Origin: a virus
Strand: one strand, 5' to 3'
Length of the DNA: 64,000 nt
IMG/VR virus record: IMGVR_UViG_3300037418_003885
Coordinates: 7,249 to 71,248 of that record
Shown here: positions 1 to 9,251 of the stretch, in pieces
How positions within the stretch are numbered: the stretch's first letter is position 1
How the letters are laid out: each line of letters opens with the position of its first letter
The notes under the pieces: model-generated
The model's database searches: none
The model's input: the letters and a program-made list of their open reading frames with translations, nothing else
Told to the model about the DNA's origin: nothing
Position numbers and translations under genes: made by a program

Positions 1-96
1 CGTTGAGCGCGCCATGCGGAGCCCTCTCCTCTCATGCTGTCCGCCGCCGCAGCGCTCAGTGCTGCTGTCTCAGCCGCCATGGGAACTGGTCGGAAA

Positions 97-1236
97 TTAT
101 GTTCGATGAAGCGACGCAGCGCGGGCTCGCCGAACGTGGGCCTTAGTATTCGTCAAAGTGATCCCAAGCGCTTTAGCGATATCCTTAAGCATGAGACCTT
201 TCTTGCGCAACCGCACCACTTCTGCACGCTGCTTCGCGACGCGCTCTCTCGTTACCTCCCAACGTAGGGGTTGAGCGAGGTAATCGTCGAGAATGGCCCG
301 CTTGCGTGGAAAATAGAGGTCGCCGCAGTTCTTGTACAAGTAGTCGCGCAGCGTTCTAAGTTGTCCGCTCTGGCAAACGTAAGCACTGGCAATGCGTTTG
401 CTTGGAACGATCTTGGGTAACTGTCCGAGCAGTGACACAAGATAATTTCGTAACCCCTGAACAAACTCTGGATTACCGGCGAACGCTATCCTGACATGTT
501 TTTTTCCGCTCACACTGCCATCGCCATCAAGTACCCCGCGCAGGAAATGCGACATCAAGTGAACCGGGACAATATCCGCCGTCGGGAACCGCACCTTGAA
601 GGTCTTTCTTGGCGGAGCGCCAAGTTTTGTCAGTGCAGTGCCAAGCTGCTTTGAGGTTATTTCCAGTGATGTTTGCTGCTTTGACTTACCGAATTTTTTG
701 TCCTTGTTCACTTTGGGAAACCTAATCAGCAAAGGCCCGGTATACTCCAATTCACGCTTCAGTTTTCCGAGTATATGAGCGTCTGACGATTGCAGATTCC
801 AGATGATACGACGGCCCCTATTGTTGCCGTCGGTATAGAAAAGGCCCAATGCATATGCTTTCGCAGGCGTGTTGATGATGTCAAAAAAGCTGTGGTTGAC
901 CGTGTAAATTGCCATCGCCCTCGTAATGACGCCGAGTTCGCGCAGGATGTTTGAAACGTGGGTAGGGGTGAATTGGGTGCTGAGGCTCTTAGCGGTGGCG
1001 GTTTTACTCTCACCACTAGCATAACGCGTTTTCATTTCGTCATCAAGTTCCTGCGTTCGTTTGCGTCGCGGCGCTTTTCGACGCAACTTGACGTCCTGTT
1101 CTATCAAAATAGTTCTGATCATATCCAAACTGAGGCGGTTACCGAGGAGCGGCCGTATCTCAGCAATCGTATATTCCTTATAGTAGTTTACGATCGCTTT
1201 GATAATTTCGGGCGGTCTCTCAATCTTCGCTGGCAT
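97..1236 (-). CDS. Free-standing LAGLIDADG homing endonuclease with terminal HTH-like segments
   Basis: Two LAGLIDADG motifs (AYALGLFYTDG; HFLRGVLDGDGS); the 'VNHSFFDIINTPAKAY' lead-in is typical of phage LAGLIDADG HEGs. Confidence 0.85.
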   Translation of the reverse strand: MPAKIERPPEIIKAIVNYYKEYTIAEIRPLLGNRLSLDMIRTILIEQDVKLRRKAPRRKRTQELDDEMKTRYASGESKTATAKSLSTQFTPTHVSNILRELGVITRAMAIYTVNHSFFDIINTPAKAYALGLFYTDGNNRGRRIIWNLQSSDAHILGKLKRELEYTGPLLIRFPKVNKDKKFGKSKQQTSLEITSKQLGTALTKLGAPPRKTFKVRFPTADIVPVHLMSHFLRGVLDGDGSVSGKKHVRIAFAGNPEFVQGLRNYLVSLLGQLPKIVPSKRIASAYVCQSGQLRTLRDYLYKNCGDLYFPRKRAILDDYLAQPLRWEVTRERVAKQRAEVVRLRKKGLMLKDIAKALGITLTNTKAHVRRARAASLHRT

Positions 1237-1402
1237 CTCCTTCTCCCGCCGTCTTGTTTTGTCCCATTTTCCATCGCAGCACCAGTGTGTGCCGGCAAAT
1301 CAGTGTGGCAGCATTCGATCATCCGTTAATTTGCTTGTTAACACGGGCCGGCAGCGCTACCTAATATAAAAAAGCAAAGCTGGTATGTGTATGCTGCATA
1401 GA

Positions 1403-1454
1403 TACCGGGACTTTACCGGGGATAAATATCCAAGTTACGGGATAGCCCCGGTAA
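1403..1454. promoter_or_regulatory. Putative operator upstream of the YfbU-like gene
   Basis: Inverted repeat TTACCGGGG (1413-1421)/CCCCGGTAA (1446-1454) plus extra TAC(C)GGGA copies. Confidence 0.35.
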
Positions 1455-1470
1455 GGAAAGTAGATTTTAC

Positions 1471-2115
1471 ATGAGAATAGAAGTTGATTTAAACGGACAA
1501 ATCGTTGAAGAAGTAGAGAGATGGCGCCTGCTTAATAGCACGACGCGGGCGGATGCAATGCGCCGGCTAATCGAACGCGGCCTCCAAACGGATCAGTTTG
1601 CTCCGAGTAAAGTCGAATCGTTGATCCTATACCTCCTTTGTAACCCTCCCACGGTTTCGGAAGCGACCTTCATTACTCAAGCGATCGGTGGTGGTCATTT
1701 TTGGGCCGTCGAAGACATGTATGGTACTAGGCTCGCCGACAGGGCCGACTCAACCGCCGAAGTAACGTTCGTTCACGACGTCCTCGGGATGTTCCGCGAG
1801 CTTAAGTTCACGATCGGGAAGCTGCCCGCCGAAGATGCGCTGATGTTAAATGACAAGTATTACACGAGCTTCCGAGGGTTTGACGGCAACAATGAAGCAA
1901 GGCTAATGAATATTGCCCACTTCATCATTCACAATCAAGAGTATGAAGAGTTTCAGGGCCGGTTGAATAGTCATCAAGAGATGGCAGAGTGTTATGAGCG
2001 AATGTTGGAGCAATATAAAAGAGTAAAAGCTGACAAACCGGCGGGAGCATGGCGCATTACGTTCGATGAAATCGTTTCGATTTTCTCTGCCGCGACCCAC
2101 CCGGATAATCGTTAA
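1471..2115 (+). CDS. YfbU-family protein with N-terminal ribbon-helix-helix-like segment
   Basis: FRGFDGNNE, LNSH and YERML motifs of YfbU; N-terminal 'RADAMRRLIERGL' is RHH-like. Confidence 0.75.
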   Translation: MRIEVDLNGQIVEEVERWRLLNSTTRADAMRRLIERGLQTDQFAPSKVESLILYLLCNPPTVSEATFITQAIGGGHFWAVEDMYGTRLADRADSTAEVTFVHDVLGMFRELKFTIGKLPAEDALMLNDKYYTSFRGFDGNNEARLMNIAHFIIHNQEYEEFQGRLNSHQEMAECYERMLEQYKRVKADKPAGAWRITFDEIVSIFSAATHPDNR

Positions 2116-2121
2116 TAACAG

Positions 2122-2931
2122 ATGTTGCATTTAACCTCGATTCAATCTTTAGGTCCTGATAACTTTAGTCAGTATCGAAGCAACGGCAGGTACTCCATGG
2201 GCAATGGATTATACCTTCAAGTCCGAAAAGGTAGCCGCACGTGGATATATCAGTTTATGATCAATGGCAAGTCGTTCCAAATGGGCTTTGGAAGTGTCCG
2301 TGATGTGTCGCTAGGCGAGGCGCGGAATGCTGTTGCGGAAGCTCGGAAGTTGGCCAAGCAGGGCGTCAATCCAATTGAGCGCCGACGTGCCGAGCGGTTT
2401 GAACCGTCCAAGCATGTCCGATCGCTGACACAGGAAGAGCTACTAAGTCTGCTTAATTATGAGCCGACGACCGGAATGTTCACTTGGAAGCCAAGACCGA
2501 ATCTCCCCAGCTTCAAACGAATTAATGAACCTGCTGGTTTCCGCAAGGATAACTACATAGTTATTAAAATCGGCAACAAAAGCTATCCGGCTCATCGTTT
2601 AGCGTGGCTCTATATGACCGGGGAGTTGCCGCCCGCGTCGATGCTTATTGACCACAAGAATGGCAAACGCGATGATAATCGCTGGGATAACCTCCGGCTT
2701 GCAACGCCGGTGCAAAATTCGATGAACCGTGCTGTGCCCCGCAACAACACCTCAGGGCACATCGGCGTAACCCGCGAATTCAAGACCGGAGAAGAACGGT
2801 GGAGAGCAAAAATCAATTTCAATGGGCTTCGCCGCGATCTCGGCCACTACGCCACGATAGATGAAGCAATTGCTGCTCGTCGCGCGGCGGAGGCAAAGCT
2901 GCATGGCGAGTGGGGAGGACACGTGAGGTAA
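2122..2931 (+). CDS. Fusion of an integrase arm-type DNA-binding domain, HNH endonuclease and AP2-like domain
   Basis: N-term 'GNGLYLQVRKGSRTWIYQF...MGFGS..DVSLGEAR...GVNPIE' (arm-binding); 'AHRLAWLYMTGE...IDHKNGKRDDNRWDNLR' (HNH); 'NNTSGHIGV...WRAKI...LGHY' (AP2). Confidence 0.8.
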   Translation: MLHLTSIQSLGPDNFSQYRSNGRYSMGNGLYLQVRKGSRTWIYQFMINGKSFQMGFGSVRDVSLGEARNAVAEARKLAKQGVNPIERRRAERFEPSKHVRSLTQEELLSLLNYEPTTGMFTWKPRPNLPSFKRINEPAGFRKDNYIVIKIGNKSYPAHRLAWLYMTGELPPASMLIDHKNGKRDDNRWDNLRLATPVQNSMNRAVPRNNTSGHIGVTREFKTGEERWRAKINFNGLRRDLGHYATIDEAIAARRAAEAKLHGEWGGHVR

Positions 2932-2973
2932 TTGCCATATAGGAGCGATCTCTCGTCCCCGTAAATTTTTATA

Positions 2974-3034
2974 GGTAGAGGCGCTAAATGTGTCCTCTTT
3001 CCCTTCATTCACTGTTTAGCGCCAGCGGGCGTGG
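2974..3034 (+). repeat. Array element copy 1 (degenerate)
   Basis: ggtagag at 2974; AGCGCCAGCGGGCGTGG at 3018-3034; 3' end diverged. Confidence 0.6.
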
Positions 3035-3467
3035 CTGTCAGTGAATCCTATGGATACGGATTAGCTGCGAGCGCCCGTTCAAGCTCCGACTGGCTTATTT
3101 TTCCAGTATAGAAGGCCAAGAAGGTCTGTTGATGCACGCCGTCGCTCGCGCACGGAGAGATAAGTTTCGGTTGACAATTCGTTCAAAGTTGGTAATATGG
3201 AGTGTCTCTTGTGGGGGCTGCGATGGCGAACACATCCAAACGGAAGGCGCGCGCAGCGAATGCTGCGTCGGCTGCGGGCCGGCTTAAGTCGGCGCCGTCT
3301 GTGCGCCTGTCGAAGGCAAGCCGCAAAACGCAATTCAAGGAATCTCGAAAACCGGCGAGGCAGGGTGATGAACACAGTCAAATACATTGATTCGCTGAAG
3401 CGCCCACAGTTTGGTAGACGAGAACACAGGAGATATCATAACCGTATGGTGAAGAATTAACGAACCT

Positions 3468-3758
3468 ATGCTCCAGGCGGCGCACCGCCACTCGCTGGAC
3501 AACCGCGAGATTCTGGCTGCCGGCGGTCAGTGCGGCTGCTTCCACTGCTTACGCACCTTCGATGCTGGAGAGGTGATTAATTGGGGAGGGCGAGGCAGTA
3601 GTAATGCCGTCTGCCCCCATTGTCACTATGATACCGTTCTATCGGGCGCGGTTGACCCAATCGACGGGGGGTTCCTAAGGCAAATGCAGGCGCGGTGGTT
3701 TGGCGGCAAGGGCACACCACTCAATCTCTCGGCGGCGTCGCCCGAGAAAGCTGGCTAG
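3468..3758 (+). CDS. Small Cys-rich (CxCxxC...CPxC) conserved protein, copy 1
   Basis: AHRHS..NR, CGCFHC and CPHC motifs; near-identical paralog at 12540-12851. Confidence 0.8.
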   Translation: MLQAAHRHSLDNREILAAGGQCGCFHCLRTFDAGEVINWGGRGSSNAVCPHCHYDTVLSGAVDPIDGGFLRQMQARWFGGKGTPLNLSAASPEKAG

Positions 3759-3772
3759 CATGTCGGGATTGC

Positions 3773-3846
3773 GGGTAGACCGCGCGAGTCATGGGTAATC
3801 TGCAATCGGCCTGGAGCGTCGCCCGTCAACGGGCGTGGATGGCGCT
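3773..3846 (+). repeat. Array element copy 2
   Basis: gggtagac..atgggtaa..tcaacgggcgtggatggcgct. Confidence 0.9.
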
Positions 3847-3869
3847 GAGCAGTCGAGCGAAGACAGGCG

Positions 3870-4502
3870 TCAGTGCTTCTGACGCCAGTTGGCGAACGGG
3901 AAGGTTCCGTCATCGGCGGTATCGGGACCATCCCAGGGCCAGTATCCACCTGACCATTTCTGATAAGCGTCCACGGACGCATTGTCCCAGCCATTCGCGG
4001 CTATCCACGCCATGATCTCCGGGGCGAAGCGCGGACGACGACGTTGCTCTCCTTTTGGCGCAGGCAAGCCGACCATGTGACAGAAGCCACGGTTCGCGCG
4101 GACCTCGTCAGCATTCTCACCTGATACTAGGACTACAGCATCGCCCACTGGGAATTCGTATCCTCCCTCCCAGTCGCCACCCGGATCGTCGCCTCCAACA
4201 GCGCCGTGAAGCAGTGGCTTTGCTGATCGAACCATGAACGGGATCGCTTCGTTTTCCTCGATGCCGATTTCGGCCAGCATGCCATAGTGGGTTTCTTCAT
4301 AGGCATCCCAGACAAACACTTCGTCATGGACGGCGAATCCACGCAGATGTTTTGTCGCTGCGAGCCGCTGCAAATCGCGCGGGCTTAATTTGGTCCACAG
4401 ACCGGCAGAAACGAGCTTTGCCTCCCGCAAGGCAAGCGCGTCGGCCTCCTGCCCCTCAACCAATGTCATCCACCGTCGCAAATCGTTTTTCGCGTCCCTC
4501 AT
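3870..4502 (-). CDS. Leader-bearing cassette protein (MRDAKNDLRRWMTLVE), function unknown
   Basis: Start reassigned to the ATG 5 nt after TAAATA (tattta 4508-4513); shared leader. Confidence 0.75.
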   Translation of the reverse strand: MRDAKNDLRRWMTLVEGQEADALALREAKLVSAGLWTKLSPRDLQRLAATKHLRGFAVHDEVFVWDAYEETHYGMLAEIGIEENEAIPFMVRSAKPLLHGAVGGDDPGGDWEGGYEFPVGDAVVLVSGENADEVRANRGFCHMVGLPAPKGEQRRRPRFAPEIMAWIAANGWDNASVDAYQKWSGGYWPWDGPDTADDGTFPFANWRQKH

Positions 4503-4539
4503 GACTCTATTTAGAGACATACCGCAAGTTGCACTCTTT

Positions 4540-4613
4540 GGGTAGAGCGCCGCACTTCAGGGTAACCCTGATCGGCGAATGGTCGCCGTCTGCCAGCGGG
4601 CGTGGATGGCGCT
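4540..4613 (+). repeat. Array element copy 3
   Basis: gggtagag..cagggtaac..gccagcgggcgtggatggcgct. Confidence 0.9.
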
Positions 4614-4623
4614 GGACCCGTTT

Positions 4624-5205
4624 TTAGTCCTTGCGGAAGCGCGAGAAGGCGGCTCGTGCAGCCAGTTCATCTGCCTTGTCTTGCGTTGAGTACTGATTCC
4701 AAAACGCGCGGAAGGAGCCTCCATAAAGCTGCCTGAAGGCTCTGATCGCCGTGGGCCAATCGCGCTTCGTAACCGCGCCGCTAATGGTTTGCTCCAACTC
4801 TGCCTGCGAGGGCGACTTGCGCTTTGTCGGTATGCGCTTCAGCCCAGCCTTGAACGCATCAACTTCTTCTTCATACCAGGACGTGCCGTTGTTCCAGTAG
4901 TTCAGGAGCGCCTGATAATTCAGTGCAACCCATTGAATGACGAGGGGGGCGTACTCGTTCTTAACTTGTTCGGGTAGTGAGTTGGCTTCCACTCTAGGCG
5001 GGCGGCTGATGGTAACCGAGAAGCTCGGCTGGTCGTTCCCAGCGCGGCCTGCAAAGTATTTTACGCGCGCCCCGTGTTCGCCTTGCGCTGTGGAAATGTA
5101 CACGGTGCCGGGAATACCGGTTCGGTTTTCCCGTAGGTTAGCCATTTCAAACAGTGGCAGATCGGCCACCGCGACCTGCTCGTTCATGATCTCGTTCGCG
5201 CGCAT
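4624..5205 (-). CDS. Leader-bearing cassette protein (MRANEIMNE), 'MANL..TGIP..HGARVK' phage family
   Basis: TAAATA at 5226-5231 upstream; stop codon 10 nt from an array element. Confidence 0.7.
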   Translation of the reverse strand: MRANEIMNEQVAVADLPLFEMANLRENRTGIPGTVYISTAQGEHGARVKYFAGRAGNDQPSFSVTISRPPRVEANSLPEQVKNEYAPLVIQWVALNYQALLNYWNNGTSWYEEEVDAFKAGLKRIPTKRKSPSQAELEQTISGAVTKRDWPTAIRAFRQLYGGSFRAFWNQYSTQDKADELAARAAFSRFRKD

Positions 5206-5323
5206 ATCAAATCCGTGTTTCGGCCTATTTATGGTCTCGTCAGGGCAGCGGACATTATTATAGCAGGCGCTTAACATTCTGTCGAGCCGACGGGCTGGGT
5301 CGAGTGACTGATCTCACTTTCTT

Positions 5324-5395
5324 TGGTAGAGCACCAATTATGGGTAACACGCGCCCGACTTGAGAAATTCAGCGTCAGCGGGCGTGGATGGCGCT
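5324..5395 (+). repeat. Array element copy 4
   Basis: tggtagag..atgggtaac..ttcagcgtcagcgggcgtggatggcgctgaa. Confidence 0.9.
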
Positions 5396-5402
5396 GAACC
5401 AA

Positions 5403-5834
5403 TTACATGATGTTCTGCCGGCTCAGCATGAGTGGAGAGTTATAGATGACGCTCTCATAGATGGCCAAGCATGCCTGCCAGTCCTGCGCACTCTCTTCCC
5501 ACTGTTCCTCTAGGAGGCCGTGGTCTGCACCGGCGATGTGAGTGAGGACGGGGAAGTCGATCATGTTTTCATCTACTTGAAAGCCGCCGTGATGGAAGTC
5601 CGCCAGCGGCATGGCAAAGATAGCGGGCCGTCCGCCAGAGTCCGCGCACTCAGCTTTGGCGAAGTACCGGGCGACACGCAGTGTACCCCAATGGTTTGGC
5701 GCCAACAGGCCAACGCTGAGAATATCTTTAACGTGCTTTGACGACGTCCCGTGGTAAAGGACAGTCGGCAAGTCAAATTCTTGCGTCTCCACCAATCGCA
5801 TCCACCGTCGCAAATCGTTTTTTGTGTCGCCCAT
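5403..5834 (-). CDS. Leader-bearing protein (MGDTKNDLRRWMRLVE) with possible ADP-ribosyltransferase-like fold
   Basis: 'LYHGTS...ILSVGL' HGT motif; TAAATA 5 nt upstream (5840-5845). Confidence 0.6.
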   Translation of the reverse strand: MGDTKNDLRRWMRLVETQEFDLPTVLYHGTSSKHVKDILSVGLLAPNHWGTLRVARYFAKAECADSGGRPAIFAMPLADFHHGGFQVDENMIDFPVLTHIAGADHGLLEEQWEESAQDWQACLAIYESVIYNSPLMLSRQNIM

Positions 5835-5870
5835 CAGCTTATTTACAACTTACCACAAGTTGCGTCCTAT

Positions 5871-5935
5871 GGGTAGAGCGAGCACTTCATGGGTAACTGG
5901 CGCTGATTCGCCTGCCAGCGGGCGTGGATGGCGCT
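5871..5935 (+). repeat. Array element copy 5
   Basis: gggtagag..atgggtaac..gccagcgggcgtggatggcgct. Confidence 0.9.
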
Positions 5936-5958
5936 AAACTAGAGCTTCAACCGGTCTC

Positions 5959-6528
5959 TTAGGGTTTTGCCTTCTGATTAGCACGAGCCATATTTGCTCG
6001 TCTGGCAGCCGCACGCGCCTTTCGCTCATCCGCTTTTTGTAAGAGATATGGCAGATGTTGGCGCATGGGCTGTTGGTGCACCGGCGCAGATGAAGAACCC
6101 TCGACGTCCTCGGGGGGTGCGGGCGAAATCTCTCGCTTGTCGTCTTCGTTCATCTGTTGCTTCCTATATCGCATTGTCTCCGTTGGTCCAGCCTTGTAAA
6201 CTGAGATTACCCTAATCCACGTGTCTCCGGAAGTGTCGGAGAGATCGTCCTCAATTTCTTGATAGATTACCACCAAGAGGCTGCCACTTGCATCCGGGGC
6301 GATCAGTTTGATCCGCTCTTCACCCTCCTCGAAGATAACATCGAACTGACCGAGCGCCGAGAACAGTAGCGGGCCTCCATCCTCCAGAGCCAACCCGTGA
6401 TTTATTCGATTTGAAGCATCTTTGGCATTCTGCCATCCGATATGAAATACGCGCCCTTGAAAGGTTACCGTCTTCCAAGTCTCTCGTTGAGCCGGGGCAG
6501 CTTCGCGTAGGATGTCGCAGTATCGCAT
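5959..6528 (-). CDS. BrnT-like toxin domain with N-terminal leader (MRYCDILRE) and basic C-terminal tail
   Basis: 'W..AK.ASN..NHGL', 'LLVVIY', 'IRVISVYKA' match the BrnT pattern; TAAATA 4 nt upstream (6533-6538). Confidence 0.65.
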   Translation of the reverse strand: MRYCDILREAAPAQRETWKTVTFQGRVFHIGWQNAKDASNRINHGLALEDGGPLLFSALGQFDVIFEEGEERIKLIAPDASGSLLVVIYQEIEDDLSDTSGDTWIRVISVYKAGPTETMRYRKQQMNEDDKREISPAPPEDVEGSSSAPVHQQPMRQHLPYLLQKADERKARAAARRANMARANQKAKP

Positions 6529-6549
6529 CGGATATTTAGCCTGATTCGC

Positions 6550-6623
6550 GGGTAAATCCCACGGATCATGGGTAGCCCGCATCCGACCTGCGAAATTTAG
6601 CGCCAGCGGGCGTGGATGGCGCT
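6550..6623 (+). repeat. Array element copy 6
   Basis: gggtaaat..atgggtag..ttagcgccagcgggcgtggatggcgct. Confidence 0.9.
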
Positions 6624-6856
6624 GAGCGTCGTCATCGGCGCGCGATCTCCATCATCTCTCGCATCGAGGCTGGGCCGCCAAACTGACTTTGAAAACGCCG
6701 GGCGTATGTCGCAAGCGGCACCCCACCACGCCCCGCAGCTATAATCGCTTCGGCCTGCTGCGCTTTCTGCCAACCAACCCCTCGGTAGTCGTCTGTGCGC
6801 GTAAACAAGACACCCTTACGATTTAACACAAAAGGATCAAACCCCCGGAGGAATTT

Positions 6857-6881
6857 AGCGTCAGCGGGCGTGGATGGCGCT
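6857..6881 (+). repeat. Array element copy 7 (core only)
   Basis: agcgtcagcgggcgtggatggcgct, overlapping the stop codon of the 6881-7441 gene. Confidence 0.85.
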
Positions 6882-7441
6882 TAATTACCCGCCAGCTTCT
6901 TATTTTTGGGGGGTTGATCGCCGTTGGCTGCGGCTTGCCGCGCAAGGTAGGCTTGCCGCTTCTCCTTCTGCTGCTTAATCTTGGCAGCAATGCGATCTCC
7001 CCACCGTCCAGCCTGCTGGACGGGTTTCGCCTTGAGCTTGGGCGTTGTGTCCTCGTTCATTCCTACCTCCCTAATATCATTCGGTGTTGCTTTCCAGACT
7101 GAAATCAGGCGGGCGGCAGGTTCTTCCGCAGGTTCTGCTTCATCATCATGTACCCACTGGCAAATCACAACCAGCAGTACGTTGCTCTCTCCATATCCCA
7201 CAACCTTGTCCACCTCCTGACCCTGCTCATCGGTCTGAACGACGAAGCGATTGTCGGGATTGGCGATCACTGGAATGCCGTCGCGGAGCCTCAAGCCGTC
7301 GTGTTTGCCGGGATTCGCGGCTTCCTTATCGACCGTCCACCCGACGTTAATGGGGCCATACGGCGTCTCAACTCGTTCCCAATGCTCGGGCAGCAACGGG
7401 GAGACCGCTTCGATAATTTCACGCATCGTGGGGTAGCACAT
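6881..7441 (-). CDS. Second BrnT-like protein with leader (MCYPTMREIIE)
   Basis: 'W..DKEAAN.GKHDGL', 'LLVVIC', 'RLISVWKA'; TAAATA 5 nt upstream (7447-7452). Confidence 0.65.
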   Translation of the reverse strand: MCYPTMREIIEAVSPLLPEHWERVETPYGPINVGWTVDKEAANPGKHDGLRLRDGIPVIANPDNRFVVQTDEQGQEVDKVVGYGESNVLLVVICQWVHDDEAEPAEEPAARLISVWKATPNDIREVGMNEDTTPKLKAKPVQQAGRWGDRIAAKIKQQKEKRQAYLARQAAANGDQPPKNKKLAGN

Positions 7442-7467
7442 GTTTTTATTTACCCCTGTCGATGGAA

Positions 7468-7482
7468 GGCGTGGATGGCGCT
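7468..7482 (+). repeat. Array element partial copy
   Basis: ggcgtggatggcgct only. Confidence 0.7.
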
Positions 7483-7508
7483 GGCCTAAGGTATTGGTGT
7501 GGTTTTTT

Positions 7509-7581
7509 TGGTAGAGCACGCAGTCATGGGTAGGCCGAACTCTAACAAGATCGGCCAGCGTCAGCGGGCGTGGATGGCGCT
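7509..7581 (+). repeat. Array element copy 8
   Basis: tggtagag..atgggtag..cagcgtcagcgggcgtggatggcgct. Confidence 0.9.
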
Positions 7582-7585
7582 GAAA

Positions 7586-8077
7586 CTAGGTTTTTTCAGG
7601 CGTCAAGACGCTATGCGGATCAACCAACATAACCTCAGAACCGGTCATCCAGCCGCTGGCTAAGCCGCGCAGCGCCTCAGCAAGGTCTGGTCGATAGTAG
7701 GATTGGCCACCGAACGCAGCGCGACAAAGCCGTTCAAAGTTGTCCTGACCGTGGAAGGTTAGATCGATCATCTCGACGTCGGCGACGGTGCGAAAACGCA
7801 GCGTGCGTTCAACACCGGGATCATGGCCTGCGCGATGTAGGCCACGCGCCTTCCATCTGCCGGTTTCGTATGTGGTAAAGAAGGCGGGGCCTCGCGGGAT
7901 ATCAAAAGATTGAACGGCATCAGTGACATGAAACAGGATGCTGTCCTTGGGAAGCACGGTTTTTGCTATACGGGCGACGGCGCGGACAAGCTTCGCTTGT
8001 GCTGTCGGGTCTAGTGCCTCCCGCCCCTCAACCAACCGCAGCCACCGTCGCAAATCGTTTTTCGTGTCGCCTGTCAT
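7586..8077 (-). CDS. Leader-bearing protein (MTGDTKNDLRRWLRLVE), possible ART-like fold
   Basis: Shared leader; 'LFHVT...PAFFT...EVML' pattern. Confidence 0.65.
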   Translation of the reverse strand: MTGDTKNDLRRWLRLVEGREALDPTAQAKLVRAVARIAKTVLPKDSILFHVTDAVQSFDIPRGPAFFTTYETGRWKARGLHRAGHDPGVERTLRFRTVADVEMIDLTFHGQDNFERLCRAAFGGQSYYRPDLAEALRGLASGWMTGSEVMLVDPHSVLTPEKT

Positions 8078-8310
8078 GATTGTAAAAATCGGATTAATTC
8101 AAATAGTTCGGCCAAACATGTATTTCGGATGTGTGCGCCGTCGCCGGTTATACTAGCTGAGCGTAGCCAATCAGCGAGCCGGCGCGCCTCTGCCAGTACA
8201 GCAGCCGGATCATCTGCGGCTTGATTCCATAGATCGGTCACGCGCTGATCCAACCGCCTTCGCAGCAGCCTATAATCGGGCTCTACTTCAAATAATTCAT
8301 GGTATCTCAC
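8074..8310 (-). CDS. Small protein with leader-like start (MRYHELFE)
   Basis: Overlaps both neighbouring ORFs (translational coupling). Confidence 0.65.
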   Translation of the reverse strand: MRYHELFEVEPDYRLLRRRLDQRVTDLWNQAADDPAAVLAEARRLADWLRSASITGDGAHIRNTCLAELFELIRFLQS

Positions 8311-8533
8311 GCGCCAATTCCTCGTCGGAGCGCATCGCGCCGCGCTGCTGCATAGCCCGAAGTTCCTGATCGGACGGACAGTCGATGCCGCGCAGTGCGC
8401 GCAAATAATTGCCTATTGCTGCCTCGATCGCGTCCTCAGCAACGCCTCGCGCACGGAAAACGCTGCACAAGGCGCGATAACGAGCTTCGGGTAGCCCCAG
8501 CCGGCCCGCTACGGATTCCTCATTCATCAACAT
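8297..8533 (-). CDS. Small hypothetical protein (MLMNE)
   Basis: TAAATA 5 nt upstream (8539-8544). Confidence 0.6.
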   Translation of the reverse strand: MLMNEESVAGRLGLPEARYRALCSVFRARGVAEDAIEAAIGNYLRALRGIDCPSDQELRAMQQRGAMRSDEELAREIP

Positions 8534-8637
8534 AACCCTATTTAGCTGGGCGGAACTTTAACAGGCGGGCGATAAAAATCAAGACTTACTAGCGATGGTT
8601 GTATTTGCAGCGGACATAGCTGCAATCTCCCGCTTCC

Positions 8638-8710
8638 TGGTAAAGCAAACATTTACGGGTAAACGTGATGGATGGACAATCGGCCGAATTCAACGGGCGT
8701 GGTTGGCGCT
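8638..8710 (+). repeat. Array element copy 9
   Basis: tggtaaag..cgggtaaa..caacgggcgtggttggcgct. Confidence 0.8.
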
Positions 8711-8798
8711 GAACTCAGTTTATTTCCTGCGTCAAGTTGTTGACAAAACCGTACATTTTGATACGATCGGCCAATCGGGGCAAGCATCTTACGGGAGT

Positions 8799-9050
8799 AT
8801 GAACAGGATGAGTGATCGGTGGCACACAAAACAACTTTCGACCGGCAACCTGTTGATTATGGCATCGGAAACGCTGGTTGTTGGCAGCATCGTCCAGAAT
8901 GGCGGTAGATGGTTAGTTGAAGTCCCCTTCTGCGGAACCAATCTGACGTTTGACGCCCCGGATTATACATCATGTCTCGCGTTCATCGAAGGCGTCGAAC
9001 AAACTATCGCTGTGATTTCTGCTGCTGTGGCATTGCGGCAAAAGCCGTGA
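8799..9050 (+). CDS. Hypothetical protein
   Basis: GGAG RBS; sigma70-like TTGACA (8740)..TACGAT (8762) upstream. Confidence 0.5.
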   Translation: MNRMSDRWHTKQLSTGNLLIMASETLVVGSIVQNGGRWLVEVPFCGTNLTFDAPDYTSCLAFIEGVEQTIAVISAAVALRQKP

Positions 9051-9080
9051 CGCCTCAGTCCGGGTCACACGCCGATTTGC

Positions 9081-9144
9081 TGGTAGATTAGGCCGTTTGT
9101 GGGTAACCCGCTCGCGGCTTGCGCCAGCGGGCGTGGATGGCGCT
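9081..9144 (+). repeat. Array element copy 10
   Basis: tggtagat..gtgggtaac..gcgccagcgggcgtggatggcgct. Confidence 0.9.
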
Positions 9145-9152
9145 GAAGCGAT

Positions 9153-9251
9153 CTAGACGACGGCAGGATAGGTGCGCCCCACAAACTGATCCAGTACCGG
9201 CTTTTCGGCCATATGAACCAACCGCATCCACCGTCTTAAGTCGCTTTTATG
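9153..9251 (-). pseudogene. Remnant cassette: leader with almost no payload
   Basis: Reads HKSDLRRWMRLVHMAEKPVLDQFVGRTYPAVV* between two elements; no upstream ATG and the promoter motif has decayed (TAAACG). Confidence 0.7.

Noticed and set aside
3836-4480. Complementarity between leader codons (GTGGATG) and the element (CATCCAC) on the same minus-strand transcript
   Set aside because: Only 7 bp, and explainable by the Trp-Met codons, so too weak to claim end-to-end pairing.
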